DNA of 64,000 bases from Desulfurococcales archaeon (lineage in GTDB: Archaea > Thermoproteota > Thermoprotei_A > Sulfolobales > Desulfurococcaceae), in assembly GCA_027022365.1 (NCBI GenBank), contig JALVYU010000026.1, positions 224,001 to 288,000 on the forward strand. The letters run 5' to 3'. This document shows positions 1-10,344 of the stretch, one piece after another. The translations under genes were made by a program, and so were the position numbers. The notes beneath the pieces are model-generated. The model ran no database searches and had not been told where the DNA came from. It was given only the letters and a program-made list of their open reading frames with translations. The stretch's first letter is position 1, and each line of letters opens with the position of its first letter.

Positions 1-133
1 TGAATAAGATGTTGTATGAGGAGAGTTTCTCAAGAACTAATATGCCGTCTCTAATGTATTTAGCTTCATTCACATTGCATTTAACCGTATTATTATTCAC
101 GACGCAGATATCATAATATGCTAGATCATGCAT
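1..133 (-). CDS. Hypothetical protein, 5' part only (runs off the window)
   Basis: Open frame MHDLAYYDICVVNNN... from ATG at 133, with GGTG upstream; no recognisable motif. Confidence 0.4.
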   Translation of the reverse strand, partial: MHDLAYYDICVVNNNTVKCNVNEAKYIRDGILVLEKLSSYNILF

Positions 134-196
134 GGTGCTTCGCACCGTATTCTTAATTTAAGCCCGGTAATAATAACCTGTATGTTAGCCCGCGTA

Positions 197-252
197 GGGA
201 TGATGAGTTTGCCGATTACCGTAGCTTGTGCGGAATCTCCCGAAATCTGACC
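197..252 (+). ncRNA. C/D box sRNA, likely a dual guide for 23S rRNA
   Basis: Box C ATGATGA 200-206 and box D CTGA 247-250; guides TTTGCCGA and TCTCCCGAA are complementary to the conserved 23S segment CUCGGCAAA...AACUUCGGGAGAAGG. Confidence 0.75.
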
Positions 253-265
253 ATGGTGTTGCTTA

Positions 266-931
266 GTGAGTAAGAACCTAGTATTACTAGACTATGATCT
301 AACTATTATGGATAACATGATTGATTTCTATGAGGCTTTCTCAGAATCCTTGAAGAGATTTGGTTGCAAACCAGTATCTTATGATATATTTATTAAACAT
401 GTACTGGACGATAGTCTGCATGATCTTCTTCCCCCAGAAATACGACCACTGAAGTTTTGGATGTATTTCCGGAGAATATACCCTAGTAAATCAGGATATC
501 CTATGAAGGGAATTAAGCGCTTTCTCATTGTATTGAAGAGCCTGAATACACCAGTAGTAGTTATCTCCGGAAGAGATTCTCACCCTCTTCTTTTATGGCA
601 TGAGCTGGCGCGGTTCGGGTTAGATGATTATATAGATGAAATATATACGGTGTTTGATCTAAGGATGCATGGCGGTATCGAAGAAGAACTGTTCGATAAA
701 AGCTGGCTCATAAGAATGGTTATAAAAAAGTATTACGTAGAACCATCACACGCTATATATATTGGCGATTATAAGCAAGATTACATCAGCTGCTCTAAGG
801 CAGGGGTAAGATTCATTGGCATAACTAGGTATCGTGAAAGAGCCGAAACTCTCAGAAAACTTGGTGCTGAGATTATAGTAAGCGATTTTGATGAATTATT
901 TTGTTATTTAGACAGGATAATTCGTTTCTAG
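266..931 (+). CDS. HAD-superfamily hydrolase
   Basis: DYDLT motif I, SGR motif II, YIGD..QD motif IV. Confidence 0.85.
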   Translation: MSKNLVLLDYDLTIMDNMIDFYEAFSESLKRFGCKPVSYDIFIKHVLDDSLHDLLPPEIRPLKFWMYFRRIYPSKSGYPMKGIKRFLIVLKSLNTPVVVISGRDSHPLLLWHELARFGLDDYIDEIYTVFDLRMHGGIEEELFDKSWLIRMVIKKYYVEPSHAIYIGDYKQDYISCSKAGVRFIGITRYRERAETLRKLGAEIIVSDFDELFCYLDRIIRF

Positions 932-996
932 TTCATGTCATAGCTAAAGATAGAAGATAAAATAAAGAGGACAAAGAAAATAGTTTTCAAGACCGA

Positions 997-1299
997 TCAG
1001 TAAACTATAGCCATATACCGTCCGTCAGGCCCCATTGTTGCAAGTCCCTGTTCGATAAGTGTTGATAAGGCCTTTCTTATTTTGTCTTCACTGGCAATGC
1101 CGGATAATATGGTATGTATTTCCCTGAGATTCATTGGTCTCTCGCTTATTAGTTCTCGGATTATCTCTATGAGTTCGTCCTCATTAGGCGCCGTCATCAG
1201 CACGATGTCGCTATCCTCGTGGAGTATCTTTAACCTGATCTTCTTCATGAAGTACTCTATTTCCTTGTCCGTTAAGCTGATATTGTTCATGCCTTCCAC
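997..1299 (-). CDS. Small winged-helix DNA-binding protein
   Basis: RPMNLREI...SEDKIRKALSTLIEQG wHTH-like pattern. Confidence 0.65.
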   Translation of the reverse strand: MEGMNNISLTDKEIEYFMKKIRLKILHEDSDIVLMTAPNEDELIEIIRELISERPMNLREIHTILSGIASEDKIRKALSTLIEQGLATMGPDGRYMAIVY

Positions 1300-1386
1300 C
1301 GATCTATTGATCGTCGCCTCTGTCTGGATAAGTTATATTGTATAGAACCGGATAACTTTTTTGGTAGCCTTCTTACACTGGTGTTT

Positions 1387-2709
1387 ATGGAGTTGCCACG
1401 TGCGGCCCTAATACTGTATCGCACAAGGTTCACTCGATATAGTGTGAATGTTATATCAGCTGTAGCGGATCTCATTGATGATGTCGACGTCTATATAGTT
1501 GAAAACATTGAGCCATCGAAATCAACTAATCTATTCGACGTCTTAAAAGCAAAATATAGTATCGGCATAGTAGCTGTTTCTCTAAACACCTTTGCACTAG
1601 TAGATGATAATTTCCGTGCAAAGCTAGTTAGGTTGATTAGGACCGCAAAGAAGAAAAGGTTCATAACCCTAGCTGGAGGCCCCCATGCATCCGGTGACCC
1701 GCTGGGAACTCTAAATATTCTGGGCTTTGACTACGCGGTAATCGGCGAAGGAGAAGAGACTATCTATGAGTTTCTTTCAACAATAGTGAATTCTCTTGAT
1801 CCACTTAAGGTTAAGGGTTTGTTCACCGTTGTTGATGAAAAACCATTATTTACTGGGCAAAGAAACAAGCATGTTGATCTAGATGATTATCCCCCATTCC
1901 CGTACTGGAGGCATCTGTACAATCCCATTGAGATAACTCGGGGCTGTCCACATGGTTGCAAATACTGTCAGGTAAGTTATGTCTTTGGAAAGGAAATGAG
2001 ACATAGAAGCATAAATGTAATCATAGAGCATATCGACATAATGCTCAGTGATGGATTAAATGATGTGAGGTTTGTATCGCCGGACAGTTTGTCGTATGGG
2101 CTTAAATACTATAAGCGAGAACCGGCTTTGGAGGTTATTGAAGAATTGTTTACTCGGATCCATAATGTCTTCGAGAAACATGGGAGAGGAAGACTTTTCT
2201 TTGGAACTTTTCCAAGTGAGGTAAGGCCGGAACACTTGACAAGAGAAGCCGCGAGACTATTGTCGCGATATGTACATAACAAAAACCTGATCATGGGGGC
2301 TCAATCCGGGAGCAACCGAGTCCTTAAGATCCTTGGACGGGGACATACTATTGAAGATGTATTTGAAGCAGTCGAAAACGCTACCAAATATGGGTTTCGG
2401 CCGGATATAGACTTCATCGTGGGACTCCCGGTTGAAGAGGAAGAGGATCTTGTTCTAACACTTAAGGCTATCAAAAAGCTTGTAGATCTGGGTGCACGGA
2501 TACATCTCCATACTTTCATGCCGTTGCCAGGCACACCATACGCGTATAAGTCGCCAAAACATGTGCCGCAATGGTTTAGACGTGAAATCATGAGGATTAT
2601 AGGGAAGGGCGGAGGATACGGTCAATGGCTTAAACAAGAAGAAATATCTCGTAAAATAGTCGAGCTAAGACGGAAGGGGATAATACTTCCGAGAACGCGG
2701 CTCAAATAA
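1387..2709 (+). CDS. B12-binding domain/radical SAM protein (TIGR04013-like)
   Basis: GGPHASGDP and GEGEET B12-binding motifs; TRGCPHGCKYC CxxxCxxC. Confidence 0.9.
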   Translation: MELPRAALILYRTRFTRYSVNVISAVADLIDDVDVYIVENIEPSKSTNLFDVLKAKYSIGIVAVSLNTFALVDDNFRAKLVRLIRTAKKKRFITLAGGPHASGDPLGTLNILGFDYAVIGEGEETIYEFLSTIVNSLDPLKVKGLFTVVDEKPLFTGQRNKHVDLDDYPPFPYWRHLYNPIEITRGCPHGCKYCQVSYVFGKEMRHRSINVIIEHIDIMLSDGLNDVRFVSPDSLSYGLKYYKREPALEVIEELFTRIHNVFEKHGRGRLFFGTFPSEVRPEHLTREAARLLSRYVHNKNLIMGAQSGSNRVLKILGRGHTIEDVFEAVENATKYGFRPDIDFIVGLPVEEEEDLVLTLKAIKKLVDLGARIHLHTFMPLPGTPYAYKSPKHVPQWFRREIMRIIGKGGGYGQWLKQEEISRKIVELRRKGIILPRTRLK

Positions 2710-2760
2710 GCGCCCGGCGTCATCACATATTCAGTCCCGCCATAGTATAGTTCATTGCCG
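2700..2760 (-). ncRNA. Possible C/D box sRNA
   Basis: Minus strand reads GCAATGA..CTGA atat GTGATGA..TTGA; strong D'/C' pair, degenerate C and D; TATA-like run about 20 nt upstream. Confidence 0.45.
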
Positions 2761-2830
2761 CGTGTATGTTATTGATATATATTGGGAGAAATAAACCTAT
2801 TATAGCTATGGATAACCGAGGGAGAACATC

Positions 2831-3151
2831 ATGCCTGAGCTGGATGTATTAGGAAGGATACTCACTGAGTCGAAGAAAGGGGTAATTATACAGATATATG
2901 TTAAGCCAGGCTCTAACAGAGAGGAATTAGTTCTTGAGGGCGGCGAACTTGTGTTCTATACTACTGAACCTCCCGAAAAAGGAAGAGCAAATGCAGCATT
3001 GATCAAATACTTATCCAAAAGGCTGGGAATACCAGTTTCAAAAATAGACATAGTGAGTGGTCAGCATGATAGACTGAAAATGATCCTTATCAAAGACATG
3101 AAATTCGATGAAATAGTAGAGCTGATCAGTAATATCAAAGAAGAGAAATAA
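2831..3151 (+). CDS. DUF167/UPF0235 family protein
   Basis: VKPGS...PPEKGRANAALIKYL...IVSGQ..R.K signature. Confidence 0.9.
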   Translation: MPELDVLGRILTESKKGVIIQIYVKPGSNREELVLEGGELVFYTTEPPEKGRANAALIKYLSKRLGIPVSKIDIVSGQHDRLKMILIKDMKFDEIVELISNIKEEK

Positions 3152-3478
3152 CTAGGTCTTTTCTCTTATTTTGAATCTGGGTGGAGCTATTCTTTCGCTC
3201 TTGCATCGTGGGCACCTACTTGGTTTTCGCGGTTTTTTCAAGTCCTTGAACAAATAGCCGCACTTCATACAATATGGGGGCACCATGACTATTTCGAGGC
3301 GTCCACGGCTTTTTCGGCTAAGTGATTTGGCGGCATGTAGAATCGCTTCGTAGACCAGGCGTCGATCACTCCGTCTAAGCCCAAGCAGAGCTATAATATC
3401 ATCTATCGTTAGGGGCGTTTCAGTGTTTTTAAGCACCTCAATTATTTTCTCGCGAAGAGTAAGATCGTCGGATAACAT
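3152..3478 (-). CDS. Archaeal HTH + Zn-ribbon transcriptional regulator
   Basis: N-terminal HTH; PPYCMKCGY.F...KPSRCPRCKSE. Confidence 0.85.
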   Translation of the reverse strand: MLSDDLTLREKIIEVLKNTETPLTIDDIIALLGLRRSDRRLVYEAILHAAKSLSRKSRGRLEIVMVPPYCMKCGYLFKDLKKPRKPSRCPRCKSERIAPPRFKIREKT

Positions 3479-3539
3479 GGGCTATCACTGGAAACTATTT
3501 CTAACAATTGAATCCTTAATATTGATTGGTGGGAAATAG

Positions 3540-4802
3540 ATGAGCTTCGGGGATGTGGATAAACTAATCGATAAGATATACGATTACAGCCTTGAGGCCA
3601 GGGAAATAATTTCTCGACATGCCCACAAAACACCTCTAATAACAAGCTATACACTATCAAGTATTGTTGGTCGTAATGTCTACTTGAAGCTTGAGAATCT
3701 ACAGAAAACGGGTAGCTTTAAAGTTAGGGGAGCGATCTACAAGGTTTATAAGATCATAGAGGAGGCGCGCTCCAGGGGCGAGGAGGTAAAAGGAGTAGTA
3801 GCAGCTAGCAGCGGCAATCATGCTCAGGGGGTAGCGTACGCAGCAAGAGTATTCGGGCTGAAAGCCGTCATAGTCATGCCGAAAACAACCTCGGCCACGA
3901 AAGTCAATGCAACTAGAAGTTATGGCGCAGAAGTTGTTCTCCACGGCAATATATATGATGAAGCCTATGAGAAAGCCATGGAGATCGCTCGGGAGAAAAA
4001 CTATGTGTTCGTGCATCCTTATGATGATCCCCATGTCATTGCTGGACAAGCCACAATAGGCCATGAGATAATGGACGAACTAGCATCTCCCGGGTGTGTG
4101 CTCGTACCAATAGGGGGTGGAGGCCTAATCTCTGGTATAAGTATAGTGGTCAAGAAAAGAAAACCCGACACAAAGGTAATAGGGATTCAGCCAAAGAATG
4201 CACCAGCAATGTACAGGCTCCTCACGAGGAGCCTGGAAAACTATAGACCTAAACCATCAATAGCTGACGGGGTCGTAGTGAAGAAGCCAGGACAGATAAC
4301 GAGTAAGATCGTGGAGAAACTCGTGGACGATATAGTCTTAGTAGATGAAGAGGATATATCATATGCTATCAACTTCCTTCTCGAGAGAGCCAAGATAGTG
4401 GCAGAAGGAGCTGGTGCCCTACCAATAGCTGCACTGCTCTCGGGAAAATATGCTCCGCTAAAAGAACCAGTTGTATGTGTAGTCAGCGGAGGAAACATCG
4501 ATCCAACACTGTTGTCGAGGATTATCATGCATGAACTAGCGAAAGACGGAAGACTAGTCTCCCTAATAGGCGAAGTAGATGATAGGCCGGGAGAACTGGG
4601 CAAGGTGATAAAACTACTAGCCGAACATATGCTAAACATCGTTGATATAAGACATGATCGCTGGGATCCCGCCTTACTGCCCTCGAAAGCAAGAGTTGAG
4701 ATAATAGTGGAGGCGAAAACACTCGATGATGTAGTGAGGGCTCTAGAGGAGCTCGAGGAGAAGGGACTAAAGTTCAGAGCGAGAAGTGAGCTAGTGAAAT
4801 AG
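3540..4802 (+). CDS. ilvA: Threonine dehydratase (PLP-dependent) with C-terminal ACT domain
   Basis: KLENLQKTGSFKVRG, ASSGNHAQG, PIGGGGLISG, SGGNID, DRPGEL ACT. Confidence 0.92.
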   Translation: MSFGDVDKLIDKIYDYSLEAREIISRHAHKTPLITSYTLSSIVGRNVYLKLENLQKTGSFKVRGAIYKVYKIIEEARSRGEEVKGVVAASSGNHAQGVAYAARVFGLKAVIVMPKTTSATKVNATRSYGAEVVLHGNIYDEAYEKAMEIAREKNYVFVHPYDDPHVIAGQATIGHEIMDELASPGCVLVPIGGGGLISGISIVVKKRKPDTKVIGIQPKNAPAMYRLLTRSLENYRPKPSIADGVVVKKPGQITSKIVEKLVDDIVLVDEEDISYAINFLLERAKIVAEGAGALPIAALLSGKYAPLKEPVVCVVSGGNIDPTLLSRIIMHELAKDGRLVSLIGEVDDRPGELGKVIKLLAEHMLNIVDIRHDRWDPALLPSKARVEIIVEAKTLDDVVRALEELEEKGLKFRARSELVK

Positions 4803-5447
4803 TTTTTTCAAATACTTGGGGATTTCTATTAGGTCCCCAATAACATAATCAGCATACCTACACGCCGTTCCACACGGGCTCATTGCGAAGGAGACGCCTA
4901 CATCTCTGAATATAGTGATATCCCATGAACTATCACCGACGTAGACAGTCTTACTCATAGGGATCCCATGCTTTTCTGCAAGCTCACACATGATTTCCAA
5001 CTTCTTGTCAGGAGGAACTCTTGGTACTCCGCCTGGGATAAGCTCGTCGCCGATGAATAGTAGCTCATTATAATAGCATTCACTAATACCCAGCTCGCGG
5101 CATACGCGGCTGACCAGTAAATCGACACCACTGCTAATAACGATCGTTTTAAAGCCGTCTTCTTTTAACATCTCAACTGCTCTTTTGGCAGAGCTCCTTA
5201 TTCTAATACCGGATAAAGCTTTGACTACATCTTTCTTCGTAATAGGTCTGCCGTAACTGTGGATCATTAGTGCTATATCGATCTTCATCCAGTCCAAGTA
5301 ACTGATTAAACCCCGCTTATACAGGTCAGCGAAATAACTATTGTCTCTGCTCCCGAAGTATTCGTGTAGCACACCCCAACTGCTATGCTCAACAGTTAGT
5401 ACGCCATCACAATCAAAGAACACTAGTCCTTTCAAGGCTTGATGCAC
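4791..5447 (-). CDS. HAD-IB phosphoserine phosphatase-like hydrolase
   Basis: FDCDGVL, ISSG, YVGDSSWD. Confidence 0.85.
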   Translation of the reverse strand: MHQALKGLVFFDCDGVLTVEHSSWGVLHEYFGSRDNSYFADLYKRGLISYLDWMKIDIALMIHSYGRPITKKDVVKALSGIRIRSSAKRAVEMLKEDGFKTIVISSGVDLLVSRVCRELGISECYYNELLFIGDELIPGGVPRVPPDKKLEIMCELAEKHGIPMSKTVYVGDSSWDITIFRDVGVSFAMSPCGTACRYADYVIGDLIEIPKYLKKLFH

Positions 5448-6015
5448 CAGATGTACTCATTGACGAAACGATGTTTTTGATATAGTCTAGTAGCTCATCA
5501 AGTGTTTTCGCACTGTATTTCAGCTTAATTGTGCCAGATACATCATACGTAGAATCGCCTATCTCTATAACGAGCTCTACATCGTCTAGCTTGAGAGAAA
5601 CCCTGTTATCATCAATACCTATCTTTGCCTTCGGAAACTCTTTTTTCAAGTTCTCAACAATATTCTCCGGCGTTAGTGGTTTTTCCTCGCCAGCAAGACT
5701 TGGTAGTACCTCGTCAATAGCCTTCACAACACTTGGGAGCTCTGAATATAGCTTCTTGGTCTCGGTAAGTATCTCCTTGAGAACGTCCAGCTTGCTAGCC
5801 GATTTAAACAGAGATACTACAAGCTTGAAGTCCGCGCTCTTCAAGTATTTAGCGAGATTTTCGGGGTTACCGCCGAAGCTACTGAAATTATATTTTTCCT
5901 CGGCCTTTGCAATCATTTTCCGTACTTCGTCGATAATGCTAGCGACACTTTTATTGTTCGAATACTCCGCCAGCTTAGAGTTCACAATATGTCTCAGAAA
6001 ATCCGGGTACCTCAT
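5413..6015 (-). CDS. Hypothetical protein
   Basis: 200-aa ORF overlapping the HAD gene start, operon-like. Confidence 0.7.
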   Translation of the reverse strand: MRYPDFLRHIVNSKLAEYSNNKSVASIIDEVRKMIAKAEEKYNFSSFGGNPENLAKYLKSADFKLVVSLFKSASKLDVLKEILTETKKLYSELPSVVKAIDEVLPSLAGEEKPLTPENIVENLKKEFPKAKIGIDDNRVSLKLDDVELVIEIGDSTYDVSGTIKLKYSAKTLDELLDYIKNIVSSMSTSGASSLERTSVL

Positions 6016-6147
6016 TGTTTTCTCCCTGCGGTGATAAGAGTGTTGAAGACTCTAATAATGCTGACTGATCAATATAATTATGCATAAACGATATAATGTT
6101 CTCTGACGATTAGATACAGGGAAAAACAAGAATTATGGGATGCATTC

Positions 6148-6453
6148 GTGGCTAGACATAGAGCTCGTAAACATCGTTGGAACCCCTATACAAGCGAAGT
6201 CCAAAGATTCAGCGTCTATCCTCGTATACAGGTTCCAAAAGAGAAATCGATTAGAATAGGCGAAGAGTTCATCGTTAAGATCAACGATGTCGATGAAAAA
6301 GGAAGAGGCATAGCAAGATACCAGGGACACCAAGTTATAGTCTATGATGCGAGCCTGGGCTCGAAGGTACGGGTTAAAGCAGTCAGAAAGATCGGTGAAA
6401 CGATCTACGCGGAAATAGTTGAAACCCTCAGTGAAACTGATACGGAATACTAG
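6148..6453 (+). CDS. TRAM-domain RNA-binding protein
   Basis: GEEFIVKINDVDEKGRGIARYQG...G.KVRVK...YAEIV. Confidence 0.85.
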   Translation: MARHRARKHRWNPYTSEVQRFSVYPRIQVPKEKSIRIGEEFIVKINDVDEKGRGIARYQGHQVIVYDASLGSKVRVKAVRKIGETIYAEIVETLSETDTEY

Positions 6454-6483
6454 ACCTGCCACTGCCAATATAACGGGATTATT

Positions 6484-6822
6484 ATGCAGCGCGGAGTCAG
6501 CTTTATAAAGCAGGTCATCAGGGAATTCGGTATAGACAATGTATCGGCACTATTTTCTGGAGAACCACTTGTTTCCACTGATGCATGGAAGCTAGTAGAT
6601 ATAGCACGTAGGCACAAATATTGGGTAGAATATGAGGATGAAGAAGGCGATCCTCCTCAATGCTATGTTCTTGTTATAGTCGTTGATGACAAATACATAA
6701 TAGTGCTTGCAAGGAGTCATGGAGAGAGCGTGGCGTATATGTATGAGAAAGAAAGCGTCAATATGGATGAGGCAATACGTTATGCGCGAAAGATATTCAA
6801 TGAGTGTTGTTCACAGCTATAG
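6484..6822 (+). CDS. Hypothetical protein
   Basis: 112-aa ORF filling the gap, co-oriented with neighbours. Confidence 0.6.
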   Translation: MQRGVSFIKQVIREFGIDNVSALFSGEPLVSTDAWKLVDIARRHKYWVEYEDEEGDPPQCYVLVIVVDDKYIIVLARSHGESVAYMYEKESVNMDEAIRYARKIFNECCSQL

Positions 6823-6917
6823 GTTCTCCCTGTGTAGATATAATATAGCGGAAGCAGAATATTAGAATCTTAAAACTAAATATTATTTTTAAGCCAGCGA
6901 ATAAAGCGTGGTGTTTT

Positions 6918-8327
6918 ATGGGGTCTATAGGGTTTATCAGGGATCCCGTATACAACTACATCGAGTATGATAAATCGCTTGAAAAACCAGTGATGGATAC
7001 CGCTCCCATGCAGAGACTAAGGCTTCTCCATCAGCTCCAACTATCCTATCTAGTATATCCAGGCGCTGAACATTCAAGATTTCAACACAGTATAGGCGTA
7101 ATGCACTTAGCGGGTCTTTTCGCTAAGAGCTTACTCCAGGGGATTAGCAAGGAATCTATCATAGAGGGCTATAAAGCCGTAGAACTCATCAAAGCAACAC
7201 GTATCGCAGGCCTCCTACATGATATAGGTCATGGGCCGTTCAGTCATGCCTTCGAGGAGGCGATCTATTGGACTTATGAACATAGCCTGAACATCAAGAA
7301 CCATGAAGAAGCAGGATACAATATAATAAAGAATACTGAGATCAAGTATATCCTTGAGGAGAATGGTCTGCTCGATATTGTTCTCCAACTATTATCTAAT
7401 AAGCAGCCCGAAGAACCCATACTTAAACTCTTAAGGAAGACTGTGAAAGAATGGATATATCCTGCCGATATACTCGATTTCCTCATACGTGATAGCTACT
7501 ATACAGGTACAAGAGAGTACGGACTAATAGACTATTACAGGCTTATAAGGCTCAGCCACGCCTCCCCCTTTGAACCGGGAAACATAGTTTTGGAGCTAAG
7601 GGCAAGAGGAGCACTAGCCTCTTATCTTAGATCCCGCATAGCAATGTTCGAAAACGTTTACTTCCACCCGGTAACACTTGTATTCAATAAGGCTGCGATA
7701 GAACTGCTAAGAATAACCGATGATATAAGTGGTGGTATATACAGAGAAGCAATTAACTCCCTCGGAAAAGGGGATCCAACAAAATATCTCTCCCTCAACG
7801 ATTATGAGGCGTTGAGACTAGCTTCAAACTATCGTGATAAGGATAAACGGATAAGTAGACTATATTCAAGCATAGTCAATAGGAAGCCTCTATGGAAGCT
7901 GTTGTACGAGGAAAAATACGTCTTATCACCGATCAATCTGAGGGGGCCAGTATCCATATTATTCAAAAGGAGAACTGCAATAGAATTCAGGGACAGGATA
8001 GAGAAAGCGGTGCGCGAGGAAATCATTGATAAAGGATTAAAGTATAAGGAAATGGAGGACTTCTGGGTAGCGATAAATACTCTTCGTCCCGTTCCACCAT
8101 TACCTGTTGGTAAGATAACATTCATTGATATCCCGAACAATATCACTAAATCAATTGATATACCTCATCTCCTCGACGAGGACGGCATATTGTTTAAACT
8201 ATTAATCAGAGTCTATGGCCCAGCCGATCTCAAGAAGTCGCCTGATAGGTTCAAATACGTAGAAGCTGTACGTGATGCTGTTAAAAAAGAACTTGAACCG
8301 AGCGCTTTGGGGGAAATAACCATGTAA
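6918..8327 (+). CDS. HD-domain phosphohydrolase (SAMHD1/dNTPase-like)
   Basis: IRDPV, QRLR..HQL...VYPGAEHSRFQHS, LLHDIGHGPFSH, D.LDFL.RDSY. Confidence 0.9.
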   Translation: MGSIGFIRDPVYNYIEYDKSLEKPVMDTAPMQRLRLLHQLQLSYLVYPGAEHSRFQHSIGVMHLAGLFAKSLLQGISKESIIEGYKAVELIKATRIAGLLHDIGHGPFSHAFEEAIYWTYEHSLNIKNHEEAGYNIIKNTEIKYILEENGLLDIVLQLLSNKQPEEPILKLLRKTVKEWIYPADILDFLIRDSYYTGTREYGLIDYYRLIRLSHASPFEPGNIVLELRARGALASYLRSRIAMFENVYFHPVTLVFNKAAIELLRITDDISGGIYREAINSLGKGDPTKYLSLNDYEALRLASNYRDKDKRISRLYSSIVNRKPLWKLLYEEKYVLSPINLRGPVSILFKRRTAIEFRDRIEKAVREEIIDKGLKYKEMEDFWVAINTLRPVPPLPVGKITFIDIPNNITKSIDIPHLLDEDGILFKLLIRVYGPADLKKSPDRFKYVEAVRDAVKKELEPSALGEITM

Positions 8328-8354
8328 GAGCATAAATACTAATTACATCTTAAA

Positions 8355-8849
8355 TTACATCTTATAACCGATCTTTCTCAGGAACTCTTTTCGCTCTTTC
8401 TTATCCTCTTCGGTCTCAACACCAACTGGCGGATACCCATCCACTACTCCTATGATGGCTCTACCCTGATCAGTCTCGGCCACTATGACTTGTATAGGGT
8501 TAGCGGTAGCAACATATAGTTCTACGATTTCCTGAACGTTCTTCAGCTGATTCAAGATGTTTATCGGCCAAGCATTTCTAATGAAGAGCACAAAGGTATG
8601 CCCTGCACCGATCTTCAGAGCCGCCTCGATGGCTTTCTTGACGAGCTCCTCATCATTGCCCTCCCATCTCACGAGTCGTTTGCCACTCGCTTCGTTAAAC
8701 GCGAATCCGAACTTAATCCCAGGCACACTAGTTACTAGGGCCTCATATATGTCCTCAACGCTCTTAATAAAATGGGTTCGCCCAATAATTATGTTGGCTC
8801 CCTCTGGGATTGGTACGCTGATAACGTGGAGCTTCACATTGGCTGACAC
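8355..8849 (-). CDS. DUF355 adenosine-specific kinase-like protein
   Basis: [37 protein letters not shown]. Confidence 0.9.
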   Translation of the reverse strand: MSANVKLHVISVPIPEGANIIIGRTHFIKSVEDIYEALVTSVPGIKFGFAFNEASGKRLVRWEGNDEELVKKAIEAALKIGAGHTFVLFIRNAWPINILNQLKNVQEIVELYVATANPIQVIVAETDQGRAIIGVVDGYPPVGVETEEDKKERKEFLRKIGYKM

Positions 8850-8949
8850 AGATGTTCACCCCCTCCTAAGCCTTACCGTTAAATATTAATGGGTGTTACC
8901 AACTAATATGCACTGACATAATTAGAACATATTCTCCTATCTAGGTGTA

Positions 8950-9588
8950 TTGGTTTTGGTTAAAGTTTTAGCAAAAACAGTATACTACGAGCCGAGAAAA
9001 ATAGGAAATGACACAGTAAGGATTACCCTACTTGAAAGAATAGAAGCTGAATGGAATGAACACAATCTTCGTAAGCACGAGAAACTAATAGATCGTATGT
9101 TAGTGCTAGCCCATAACAATGTCGTTAGACATATGAGTAGTGTAGGTGGAGAAAACAAGTATATTTTCTCAGAAGTCGAAGCCCCCGGTCTACGTGCAAT
9201 AGTTGGTGACGGCCAAATAAAGGACACGGAGACACTGTTGTTCCTTAAGCCGGAACCAGTAACACGCATTGTGATCCTCAAGAAGAATAAGGAGACAGAC
9301 ATGCTCGAAAAAATATTGGAGCTCAATATATCCAAAGAACTATGGTGCTATGAAACCAAATTAGAGTTCTTGAAAAACATGGAATGGGACGCCATACTCG
9401 TAGAATCTCCAGAGAGAAAAAGGATCATACTGAGAGAAGAGGCTAAGCTACCCCTACGTGAGAAAATCGTTGAGGAGTCAATGAAGCCTAGAACCCATAG
9501 AAAAACGAAGGCGAAGAAGAAAAAGACAAAATCCGACAAGAAGAAAAAGAGAAACAAGACAAAGAGAAAGAAAAGGCGTAGACGATGA
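8950..9588 (+). CDS. Hypothetical protein with Lys/Arg-rich tail
   Basis: 212-aa ORF, stop overlaps start of PNP gene. Confidence 0.7.
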   Translation: MVLVKVLAKTVYYEPRKIGNDTVRITLLERIEAEWNEHNLRKHEKLIDRMLVLAHNNVVRHMSSVGGENKYIFSEVEAPGLRAIVGDGQIKDTETLLFLKPEPVTRIVILKKNKETDMLEKILELNISKELWCYETKLEFLKNMEWDAILVESPERKRIILREEAKLPLREKIVEESMKPRTHRKTKAKKKKTKSDKKKKRNKTKRKKRRRR

Positions 9589-10310
9589 GCGGCCCCCCAT
9601 TCCACATAAAAGCCAAGAAGGAGGATATAGCTGAAAACGTCATCGCCGTCGGTGATCCTGGAAGAGCCAAGATGCTAGCTGAGCTTCTTGACGATGCGAG
9701 ACTAGTTAATGAGCACAGAGGCTTCCTGATTTATACGGGTACCTACAAAGGCAAAGAAATAACTATAGCAACACACGGGATAGGATGCCCATCAGCCGCT
9801 ATCGTCTTCGAAGAACTAGGCATGCTCGGCGCGAAAAGAATTGTCAGGCTCGGAACAACAGGTGGCATGAAGCCCGAAATGGAAATCGGGGACGTCGTGG
9901 TTGCAACTGGCGCCGTATATCCGCCAGGCGGATGCGGTGTTGGAATGTATCTTGATGGACATTGCGGTCCGACAGCCCCTGACCCGGTGTTATCAACAAG
10001 GATCATGGATGAACTAGACAAGGAGGGCATTAAGTACTACTATGGCCCCGTATTTAGCAGCGATGCATTCTATGCTGAGGATCCGGGCTTTGCGAAGAAA
10101 TGGTCGGAGAAAGGCGTCATAGCAGTCGAGATGGAAGCAGCCATACTTTTCACACTTGGATGGATGAGGGGTTGGAGCACAGCAGCAGTACTTATAGTTA
10201 GTGATAACCTGTTGGCGGAAAAACAGTACCTGGCTACAAGCGAAGAACTACGTGCTAGAATCGAGAGAGTTGCAAAAACGATTATGAATGTCTATACTAA
10301 ATACTATTAA
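9585..10310 (+). CDS. Purine nucleoside phosphorylase (PNP/UDP family)
   Basis: GDPGRA, HGIG.PSAAI.FEEL, RLGTTG, SSDAFY, VEMEAA. Confidence 0.92.
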   Translation: MSGPPFHIKAKKEDIAENVIAVGDPGRAKMLAELLDDARLVNEHRGFLIYTGTYKGKEITIATHGIGCPSAAIVFEELGMLGAKRIVRLGTTGGMKPEMEIGDVVVATGAVYPPGGCGVGMYLDGHCGPTAPDPVLSTRIMDELDKEGIKYYYGPVFSSDAFYAEDPGFAKKWSEKGVIAVEMEAAILFTLGWMRGWSTAAVLIVSDNLLAEKQYLATSEELRARIERVAKTIMNVYTKYY

Positions 10311-10344
10311 ACACTTTGTTTTTCATATCTAAGATCCCGTATTA

